Below are positions 28,417 to 36,294 of a DNA stretch of 64,000 bases, in pieces. This DNA is from an uncultured Bacteroidota bacterium (lineage in GTDB: Bacteria; Bacteroidota; Bacteroidia; Bacteroidales; WCHB1-69), in the NCBI GenBank assembly GCA_902774205.1, contig CACYHL010000001.1:20022-84021 (forward strand), in the 5' to 3' direction. Made by a program: the position numbers and the translations under genes. The notes beneath the pieces are model-generated. The model was not told the origin of the DNA and ran no database searches. It saw only the letters and a program-made list of their open reading frames with translations. Numbering within the stretch: position 1 is the first letter of the stretch; every line of letters begins with the position of its first letter.

Positions 28417-29417
28417 TGAATATCGACAAAAAAGACTACAAAAACAAGCGCATCCGAGAGTATATAACGGATAAAGAAAAAAATGGAGATAATGATTTTT
28501 CTGAGCTACAGGAATTCTTGTATTCGCTTTTAACTATTTTTACTGTTTCTGCAACAGGTGATCCTCTTTATGAACTTCTGCAACATGACTGGAATGTCTT
28601 CATGTCAGAAGATGCATGTAAAAAGGTGATTGGCGAGGTTATTCAATCCGATGCCGGAAGCTTTGCTAAAGATGGTATAAAAGACGGAGCTACTTTAGTG
28701 AAATATAAAAAGAATATTACCGATTGTATTGAAGCGTGGAAGACTCTGAAAGAGGATGTCAAATATCATCATCGGTTTACTACGGATATCAACAAGTTGA
28801 ATGCTGCTGGATGGAAGACGTTATTAGACAATAGATATGAACTGAATTTGGGTAAGTCCTTTTATCGTGCGCGTATTCATTACAAAAAAACAGATGTGTT
28901 TGGGAAAGAAGATATGGGAGCTCGTGAAAGGGGGGATTGTCCGCAGGGACGAGTAAATCCTGAAGGAATACCGTTCCTTTATCTGTGTGAAGAACCTAAA
29001 ACCACATTCTATGAAACACGGGTATCGATGCACGATGTGGTTTCCATTGGAGAATTTGTGATAAATGGATCTGATCCATTGTATGTGGAAGATTTGACGG
29101 ATATAAATTTAGATGAAATAGAAATTCTTGACGAAGATGTGGTTACGTTGGCCAAACGCAAACTGTTGATACGTACTTTGAGCGACGATATGTCGCGCCC
29201 TATGCGAAGATATGATTCTCCAATAGAGTATGTGCCTACGCAGTTTCTGTGCGAATATGTTCAACAGACACAGAATGTGTCAGGAATCCGTTTTTCCAGC
29301 TCTATCTATAAAAAAGGAACTAATCTTGTTATTTTTGACCCTGCTTTAATGCGTTGCATAGATGTAAAAGAGTATAGTGTTAAGTCACTTGATATTGGCG
29401 AAGAGGTTGTGGTTTGA
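28416..29417 (+). CDS. RES-domain protein with unassigned N-terminal domain (putative NAD+-targeting effector)
   Basis: The ATG at 28416 shares TGATG with the upstream stop (the ORF track uses the GTG at 28413). The C-terminal half carries the R-E-S triad in context: GRVNPEGIPFLYLCEEPKTTFYETRV and GIRFSSSIYKKGTNLVIFDP. Confidence 0.65.
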   Translation: MNIDKKDYKNKRIREYITDKEKNGDNDFSELQEFLYSLLTIFTVSATGDPLYELLQHDWNVFMSEDACKKVIGEVIQSDAGSFAKDGIKDGATLVKYKKNITDCIEAWKTLKEDVKYHHRFTTDINKLNAAGWKTLLDNRYELNLGKSFYRARIHYKKTDVFGKEDMGARERGDCPQGRVNPEGIPFLYLCEEPKTTFYETRVSMHDVVSIGEFVINGSDPLYVEDLTDINLDEIEILDEDVVTLAKRKLLIRTLSDDMSRPMRRYDSPIEYVPTQFLCEYVQQTQNVSGIRFSSSIYKKGTNLVIFDPALMRCIDVKEYSVKSLDIGEEVVV

Positions 29418-29522
29418 TTTTGGAAAATAGTGCTTTTGTGCCGTCACGGTTTAGGTGATGCCGGATGGTTCAGAAAGAGTGGTGATTTATAGAGATAGTA
29501 GTAAAAGAAGAGGAGTTGATAT

Positions 29523-30134
29523 ATGAGTAAAAGAGTTTATATAAGTGCGGACTATTCAGAGACGGATGGTGACCGTAGTGTAGTGGAAGAACTTCATAAA
29601 TGGGGTGCTGATAACCGTCATAAGGTTGATTATGTTGACACTGCCCAAGTGGTTTCAGGTAGCGTTTCAAAGGATGAGAATTGTCGTGCATGTGATTTGA
29701 AGGCTGAATTTAATAGGCAGATTAATGCCTCCTCTGCAGTAATATTTATCATCGGGGATAAGACAAAAACTCGCACCGCAGGCAGTACATGCCGAAGAGT
29801 AAGTGAAGGAATGTTCTGTGCATGTACACCGTACAAGCAGAATGTTAAGGGGACTTCTAGTTGCAAGATTATTATTGACCCTTGTAAGTATGGACCCAGC
29901 GATGACGTATGCAAAATAAATACATACTCGTATTTAAAACATGAATTTGAACAAGCCAAAAAGAAGAGCAAGGTGATTGTTGTAGTTTATAATTCATTTC
30001 GGAAACACCCCAGTTGGCTTCCTTCATATATGATTGATTATGAAAAAAATGCACATCCTTTCTGGAAAAAGAATATTTGGGGAGAAAAGGTAGGGGACTA
30101 TTCATTTATAAAGAAGACCTTAGGATATGAATAA
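29523..30134 (+). CDS. TIR-like domain protein (ThsB/DUF1863-like) with Cys-rich insertion
   Basis: KRVYISADY start, SSAVIFIIGDKTKTR and LKHEFEQA (candidate catalytic Glu141) follow the ThsB TIR-like pattern. Eight Cys (C54, C57, C90, C99, C101, C114, C121, C130) cluster in and around an insertion. Confidence 0.55.
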   Translation: MSKRVYISADYSETDGDRSVVEELHKWGADNRHKVDYVDTAQVVSGSVSKDENCRACDLKAEFNRQINASSAVIFIIGDKTKTRTAGSTCRRVSEGMFCACTPYKQNVKGTSSCKIIIDPCKYGPSDDVCKINTYSYLKHEFEQAKKKSKVIVVVYNSFRKHPSWLPSYMIDYEKNAHPFWKKNIWGEKVGDYSFIKKTLGYE

Positions 30135-30948
30135 GATCAAGCGACTTTTGTGGAATAAAGGTAGTTCTATAGCTTATGCTATTATTACTGCTATTTTCAC
30201 GCTCGTTCCTGAAGGAGTGTTTAAGTTTGGTATTGTGGATTGCACATGGCCGGAGGGAATATGCATATTGATTAATCGCTTGATTGTGTGTATTCTCGTA
30301 TTTTCTTTGGCAAACATTGCATACCGTTGTCATCGTAAGCACAGAAAAGAGGTTGCCATTTCTGGTAAAACTTTTTCAATCAAAATTGAATTTAATGATT
30401 TGTTCAAAGTTAAGTGTGGAAAAAAAGTCATTAATTTTGATGAGTGTTTCACCACGAAGGTTGGCGAAAAACCTGAAGATATTAAGCCAGATTCCCTTTG
30501 TGGACAGTATCTGATGAAATATCCTATTAATAATATGCAAGAGCTAATTGATGCGACGGGTTTGAGACCAATAGGGGCTTCATTGTATAAAAATAGACCC
30601 AAGTATGCCCAGGGAACACTTATCCCAAGAGATGATTTCTTGCTAATGGCATTTGCGGAGTTGGATGAAAAAGGACGGGGAACTATTACGTATGACAAAT
30701 ATTTGGAGTGTTTAAACAGACTTTGGGAGCAGATAGATCTCTATCATGGCACCGATGATGTTTATCTTCCAATCTTAGGCTCTCGTATTACTCGATTTGA
30801 TAAAGAACTTACACAACAAGAACTATTGGATATAATGATAACTTCGTATAGGTTAAGTCCAAAGAAACTAAAAAGACCTAGTGTATTACATATTGTATGT
30901 AAAGAGAGGGAAGGGTTTTCACTAAATAATGTTTATGGATTGGATTGA
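30127..30948 (+). CDS. two-TM membrane protein with C-terminal Macro-like domain (Thoeris type-II ThsA-like)
   Basis: 8-nt overlap with the TIR gene. There are two N-terminal hydrophobic helices (SSIAYAIITAIFTLV; ICILINRLIVCILVFSLANIAY) and a ~190-aa soluble domain (KVINFDECFTTKVG...). The architecture equals TM-Macro ThsA; the domain call was not verified by search. Confidence 0.45.
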   Translation: MNKIKRLLWNKGSSIAYAIITAIFTLVPEGVFKFGIVDCTWPEGICILINRLIVCILVFSLANIAYRCHRKHRKEVAISGKTFSIKIEFNDLFKVKCGKKVINFDECFTTKVGEKPEDIKPDSLCGQYLMKYPINNMQELIDATGLRPIGASLYKNRPKYAQGTLIPRDDFLLMAFAELDEKGRGTITYDKYLECLNRLWEQIDLYHGTDDVYLPILGSRITRFDKELTQQELLDIMITSYRLSPKKLKRPSVLHIVCKEREGFSLNNVYGLD

Positions 30949-31129
30949 ATACTGAGAACATGTAGACAGATTCTCTGGATAGGTGTAAACCCATCGAAAA
31001 AAAACTGACAATATTAAATAATTGACTATTTTATAACTTGAATGTTTTAGAGAATTTCTTTCATGACCAGAGTGGAAGATATAAAAACAACATAATCACA
31101 ATTAGAGAACACTTCATAATTGATTTTAT

Positions 31130-32581
31130 ATGAGAAGAACCATCATAACATTAGACACAACAGACAAGAAATATATTCCTGTGTTTGTTGTAATGGAAGA
31201 ATTGTACCCCGATATGCAGGATTATAATGCCAAAGGATTAAACAAACATCCCAATTCGTATGAACAAGGTAAAGATAATATCACTATAAGCATTGAAGAA
31301 TTCTCGGAGGAGGATCCCTTTTTGTTGAATGGTGGTTGTGGTAAGCTTGAAAGAATAGGAGATTATGAGGAAGAGCCCGGTAATGATTGTTACATGCTAC
31401 TTCCATCAAATGGTGATGGTTTGAATACACTTGCCGAAGTGCTTCCACATAGAGAATGCCCAAGAGAAGTGAAATGCATAATTGATTCTAATCGAGAAGT
31501 TTGGAATATTTTGTCAGGCGATGGAAGACTTTTGAGCCAATTGAAAAATATATCTACGAGATTTCTTGGATTTGACCTTACACTGTTTCCAGAGCATATA
31601 GGAAATTTTTATTGGGTACGATATAATCCATATTTAAAAAAAATATCATTCAAAGAGTCGAACAATCCCATAGGATTGACTGGAAGTATCGTTTACCGTC
31701 AAGGTCAACAACAACCTTTGAAAATAATAGTGAAAGATAAGCATAGTGGGTATCTAGTCTATACTGTTACAAAGGAATTGACTGGAAACGAGCGTGTTTT
31801 TTCATTGGAAACCCCTCTTCCTCCACATTTGATTTCAATAGAAATTCAGGATAAAGACGGAAACGTCATCATGTTTGATGAAAATATACGATTCATAAAA
31901 CAGATTGCTTTTGAAATTGGAGTTCATAAGATGGAGTTAAGGCTTAAAAAGCAAGGGAAGAAACCAAAGGATAATTATGAAGTTTCAATACCCAAATATG
32001 AAAATGCCGATAAATCTGTTATAGGAGAAAAACAGGATGAGGCATATAACGAATACTTTACAATAGCAGATAGTATATCACGGCAGCAGGCTGATAGAGA
32101 TGCTTTGAATTTTGTCTTTTTTGATGCCGATGAAAAAAATGTGCAAACGATTGTCAGTCAAGCAAAGGGAACCGTACGTAAAATGATAGAGACTGGTCGT
32201 AATGTATGTTATATTTGTGACCCATATTTCAATGCCAACGATTTTGTGGAGTATGTGTGCTATATTAAGAATTTGAATCTTGACATTAGAATTGTTGTTT
32301 GTAAAAGTCCCCAAGATAATGCGGAAGCTTATAACATCCGTTTGAAAGCATTGAAAGACATAGCAAACGATTACAATGCTAAAATGGGAAGAACTATTGT
32401 GGAATGTAAAGGGTTGTCGGGTTTTGGTTTCCACGATCGTTTTGTCTTTGCTGATAAAACTGGTTGGCTGATGGGAAGCTCGTTTTCAGAATTCGGCCAT
32501 CGAACAACCACTATTTCCAAAATTCCTGCATCGCACAGCAACTTGATTTTGGATAGGATTAATGGATGGTGGGAGTCCTAA
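31130..32581 (+). CDS. hypothetical protein; C-terminal K->R variant HKD/PLD-like module
   Basis: 483 aa. The N-terminal ~330 aa are unassigned. The C-terminus has CDPYFN (32216-32233) and FHDRFVFADKTGWLMGSS (from 32429), with HKD spacing H-x-R-x4-D-x6-G-S. Confidence 0.4.
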   Translation: MRRTIITLDTTDKKYIPVFVVMEELYPDMQDYNAKGLNKHPNSYEQGKDNITISIEEFSEEDPFLLNGGCGKLERIGDYEEEPGNDCYMLLPSNGDGLNTLAEVLPHRECPREVKCIIDSNREVWNILSGDGRLLSQLKNISTRFLGFDLTLFPEHIGNFYWVRYNPYLKKISFKESNNPIGLTGSIVYRQGQQQPLKIIVKDKHSGYLVYTVTKELTGNERVFSLETPLPPHLISIEIQDKDGNVIMFDENIRFIKQIAFEIGVHKMELRLKKQGKKPKDNYEVSIPKYENADKSVIGEKQDEAYNEYFTIADSISRQQADRDALNFVFFDADEKNVQTIVSQAKGTVRKMIETGRNVCYICDPYFNANDFVEYVCYIKNLNLDIRIVVCKSPQDNAEAYNIRLKALKDIANDYNAKMGRTIVECKGLSGFGFHDRFVFADKTGWLMGSSFSEFGHRTTTISKIPASHSNLILDRINGWWES

Positions 32582-32596
32582 TTAAAATGTAATGAT

Positions 32597-33160
32597 ATGG
32601 CAGACAATAGTAGTTTTGCTGAAAAGAATAGGATGCTAATTGGATCGACATATCGATTCTTTAACCGCGCTGATCATCCTTCAGCACCTGACGATTATCC
32701 AACTTACTATAGTGAGTTGCTTTCTCTTGCCAGTGTGTCAATTAAGATATGGGATCCTTATTTCAATATAGGTGACGAAGATTTATTTACAGTGGTTCCA
32801 GCAGGAGTTGATGTTATTATACTGTACACATACATTACATTCGGGAGATCGCGTAACCTTCAGCCTCAAGATGTAAAAAGCAGGGTTGAACCTAAACTTC
32901 CCATTGGGCATGGAACTCTAAAGGTGGCTTATCTCCCAGATTATGATACTATATTGTTTGAAAAAAGAAAGTGGCACGACCGCTTTCTGATTATTGATGA
33001 CGCTTTTTATTATTTGATTGGAGCATCATTAAGGTATCAACACACAAGCGCAAAATGTTTTGGGATATACGATATGGAGAATCATGATGACATTGCTCTC
33101 GTTAAAGAACGGTTTGACAAGATTCTTTATGAGGTTGAAAATAAAGGGTATGTAATTTAA
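32597..33160 (+). CDS. hypothetical protein; paralogous HKD/PLD-like module
   Basis: 187 aa. WDPYFN (32750-32767) and WHDRFLIIDDAFYYLIGAS (from 32972) are homologous to the C-terminus of the upstream gene. Confidence 0.4.
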   Translation: MADNSSFAEKNRMLIGSTYRFFNRADHPSAPDDYPTYYSELLSLASVSIKIWDPYFNIGDEDLFTVVPAGVDVIILYTYITFGRSRNLQPQDVKSRVEPKLPIGHGTLKVAYLPDYDTILFEKRKWHDRFLIIDDAFYYLIGASLRYQHTSAKCFGIYDMENHDDIALVKERFDKILYEVENKGYVI

Positions 33161-33170
33161 TCTCTGTGAT

Positions 33171-35054
33171 ATGATTGACAAAGAAACAATTAAAATAGAA
33201 ATATTACTCAAGGGTTACTGTGGAATAGATAACTGGCTGTTTAAAGAAAGATTTGAAACGGAACTGAGCAAGACACAATGTCCAATGGCAGAATTGATGG
33301 TTTTTGTTGACAAATGTTATTCCTTGTTGTCTGATAAATTGTTGAATAGTAAAGATATAATTACTGAATATTTTCCCATGCCACGTCTTCTTGAATGGAT
33401 GGATAAGAATTTTCCTCATGAACCTTTTGAAACTGAATGTGATTGGGTGGCATATACAGAAGAGTTGGTTTATGACAAGCTCTCTATAGCTAAACGGACA
33501 TCGTTTTACGGCGAAACACCTGCGTGGTGTGATTTGTTAGTTGGTTTTGCTCTGAAAATAATTGGAGAGAAATGCTCTGTAGACAATCGATTTCAGAGTT
33601 TTGGTTTTCTATCACACATTTGGGAAAAAGAAGAGTTGTCTTGGGAGTTTTTTGAAGGTTTTACCATATCCGATAGGGTATTAACTCAGGCAGAAAATGA
33701 CCTTAAGGTTGATCCGATGGAAATTTTATGTGGGTCTCGTATGATTGAAAAAGCATCAAACGCATACAATATAAGTGGGAAAAACCAGCAAGAAATACTT
33801 AACGAGTTGTATTGGTATGAAGAGGATGGCGGATATGTGGAATTTCCCGAAACTATCATACAGATTGCGCGTGCATTTAGAGAGGTCGGTAAAGAAGATG
33901 CATTCATTGCATTATGGAAGGCGCTTACTCATCCAACATTGCAGTACGGAATATTGTACTATTTGTTAATGCTGCCCAATGACTGTATTGGACTTTTGAA
34001 ACTATTTCAACAAAAGGGCGTTGACGAGGTTGGGCTTACACTGATAAGGGATTATTGGTTCAAACAATCTGTGAGGTGTCTCGAAAATTTGTTGCAGTTT
34101 GAGGAAAAGATAAAATCTGGCGAATATACCAATCCGGGAATTGTCTCTTTAGAAACAATGAAAGGCGATTTTGTCAAAGGTCTGCGCGATAATGCCAAAG
34201 AATTGATTCGATACTTTACGACCGAGAACCTGTCGCGATGGGCGTTTTCAAAAAACACATTAGGAGGTAAGCCTAATTCCATTTATAAAGAAGCTTATTT
34301 ACAAGTTCTTGGCATACTCAAAGATGTATTGAGTTCTGCCGATGATACTGATGCTTTTTCAACAGATACTAAAGATTTATCATATTTGATATACCTCGCA
34401 AAAAAGGCACTTGAAAACAATAATATAGAAAGAGGGAAACAGATAGAGCTTGTAAGTCTAAAGTTGATTGACACAGGGAGTTTTGGATGGTTTGGCGACA
34501 TAAATGATGAGGTGATTAATCAAATGTTTGTATTAGGGGGCTTGTTGAAAGTTAATCATTCTGACGAAGAAATCATTGATTTAGTTGAAAAAAGAGCTGT
34601 CCGATACGAAGGATGGGGTGTGACTCCCATTTCGAGCATATTAGAAAGGTCTAATTCTTTTACTTTTCTTACCTGTGCGGCCATGCAACATATAGATGTC
34701 GAAAACGACTTTAGGTATCTTGTTCGTTTAGCAATTGATCAGTTCAATGGGTCAAGAATGTTAAACAATGCTCTATTGGCTCCCTTGATTATGGCGGAGC
34801 TGATAGTAACCCAACAATATGATGAATGGCGTGATTGGTATGAACAATTGTTGTTGACAGAAATAGAGTCGTTCGTGTCTCTTTTGGGGATACTCATTCA
34901 TGCACAATCTTCTATGTCAATCACTAATAAGGAACTCTTCGATAAAAGAAAACAAGAAGAATGGAACTTGATTTTTAAGCAATACTCATCCAATCATCGT
35001 CAACTAGAATTAAATAAGTTGACAAAATTGATGGAGAAGATAGAAATGGAATAG
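33171..35054 (+). CDS. hypothetical 627-aa predicted all-helical protein
   Basis: Long uninterrupted ORF starting 10 nt after the previous stop. No Walker motifs, TM segments or other signatures recognised. Confidence 0.5.
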   Translation: MIDKETIKIEILLKGYCGIDNWLFKERFETELSKTQCPMAELMVFVDKCYSLLSDKLLNSKDIITEYFPMPRLLEWMDKNFPHEPFETECDWVAYTEELVYDKLSIAKRTSFYGETPAWCDLLVGFALKIIGEKCSVDNRFQSFGFLSHIWEKEELSWEFFEGFTISDRVLTQAENDLKVDPMEILCGSRMIEKASNAYNISGKNQQEILNELYWYEEDGGYVEFPETIIQIARAFREVGKEDAFIALWKALTHPTLQYGILYYLLMLPNDCIGLLKLFQQKGVDEVGLTLIRDYWFKQSVRCLENLLQFEEKIKSGEYTNPGIVSLETMKGDFVKGLRDNAKELIRYFTTENLSRWAFSKNTLGGKPNSIYKEAYLQVLGILKDVLSSADDTDAFSTDTKDLSYLIYLAKKALENNNIERGKQIELVSLKLIDTGSFGWFGDINDEVINQMFVLGGLLKVNHSDEEIIDLVEKRAVRYEGWGVTPISSILERSNSFTFLTCAAMQHIDVENDFRYLVRLAIDQFNGSRMLNNALLAPLIMAELIVTQQYDEWRDWYEQLLLTEIESFVSLLGILIHAQSSMSITNKELFDKRKQEEWNLIFKQYSSNHRQLELNKLTKLMEKIEME

Positions 35055-35088
35055 AGAGATAGTTTGCTGAATTACAATATTTTACGAA

Positions 35089-35367
35089 ATGAAAATCCAA
35101 ATCTTTTCTGATTCATTGGCTCTTCCTCGGGAAATTCCGCAAAAGGTCTATTACGAGGAAACATATTCTGCCAAATTGTCTAAGGATCATATTGTCGCAC
35201 AGTATTCTAAAGGCGCTGGGACAATTAAGGATTTATTAGACCAAACTTTTTACTACAAAATGTTTTGTCCGGATATCGTCATCCTTCAAAGTGGCATTGT
35301 TGATTGTTCGCCCAGACCTTTTACGCAGTTTGAAGAGCATTTTTTTACCCTTAATTTGTTTGCTTAA
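35089..35367 (+). pseudogene. 5' fragment of an SGNH/GDSL-type hydrolase gene
   Basis: 92 aa. IFSDSLA (block I-like) and QSGIVDC (block III-like) are present, but the ORF stops after ~40% of a normal SGNH length. Blocks with the catalytic D-x-x-H are absent, and only 118 nt remain before rfbF. Confidence 0.5.
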
Positions 35368-35448
35368 GGATGTGAGGCAGTATAAAAGATACAGGAAAAT
35401 TGGATTAAATGATTCAATTATCATATGCTTTAACATCTTTAAATTTTG

Positions 35449-35456
35449 TACTTTTG
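35449..35456 (+). promoter_or_regulatory. -7 box TACTTTTG ahead of rfbF
   Basis: TAnnTTTG 30 nt upstream of the ATG at 35486. Confidence 0.55.
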
Positions 35457-35485
35457 CAAATTGGTAATTTCAATATCGAACAAAT

Positions 35486-36283
35486 ATGAAAACAGTTATA
35501 CTTGCTGGTGGATTTGGCTCAAGAATCTCTGAGGAATCGGTATATAAGCCGAAACCAATGATAGAGATTGGGGGAATGCCCATCCTATGGCATATTATGA
35601 AGGAATATGCCTATTATGGACATAATGAATTTATTATATGTGCCGGGTATAAACAGGAGTATATAAAGGAGTGGTTTGCCAACTATTTTTTGCACAATAG
35701 TGATATTTCGTTTGATTTTCGTGATAATAGGAATGAAATGACGGTACATCATAGTCATTTGGATTCATGGAAAGTCACCATTGTTGACACTGGTTATAAT
35801 ACTATGACGGGTGGCCGCATTAAGAGAGTACAAGAATATGTGGGAGATGAAACCTTTATGATGACCTATGGTGATGGCGTGTGCGACGTAAATATTAATA
35901 AGCTACTTGAATTTCACAAAAGCCATGGTAAGATTGCCACATTGACTGCAGTGAAAATGGCTCAAGAAAAGGGTGTCCTTGAAATCACAAGCAGTTATGC
36001 TGTAACCGCTTTTCGTGAGAAAAATGCTAACGATGGCGCACCTATTAATGCTGGTTATATGGTACTTGGCCCAGAAATCTTTGAATACTTGGATGGAGAT
36101 ACTTGTGTTTTTGAACGCAAACCATTGGAGGATTTGGCCGCAAAAGGAGAACTGATGTCCTATATTCATGAAGGTTTTTGGCAATGTATGGACAACATTC
36201 GAGAGAAACAGTTATTGGAGAAATTGCTTCAAAACGGCACAGCTCCTTGGAAACGTTGGGAAAGTGAAGTGCCTAATATGTAA
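35486..36283 (+). CDS. rfbF: glucose-1-phosphate cytidylyltransferase
   Basis: MKTVILAGGFGSRISEES..KPKPMIEIGGMPILWHIM; 265 aa. Confidence 0.85.
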   Translation: MKTVILAGGFGSRISEESVYKPKPMIEIGGMPILWHIMKEYAYYGHNEFIICAGYKQEYIKEWFANYFLHNSDISFDFRDNRNEMTVHHSHLDSWKVTIVDTGYNTMTGGRIKRVQEYVGDETFMMTYGDGVCDVNINKLLEFHKSHGKIATLTAVKMAQEKGVLEITSSYAVTAFREKNANDGAPINAGYMVLGPEIFEYLDGDTCVFERKPLEDLAAKGELMSYIHEGFWQCMDNIREKQLLEKLLQNGTAPWKRWESEVPNM

Positions 36284-36294
36284 AACGTTGTATT

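Noticed and set aside
35236-35436. 66-aa minus-strand ORF at the island's right edge
   Set aside because: It is short and motif-free. It overlaps the SGNH fragment in antisense and runs toward the rfbF promoter, so it is most likely spurious.
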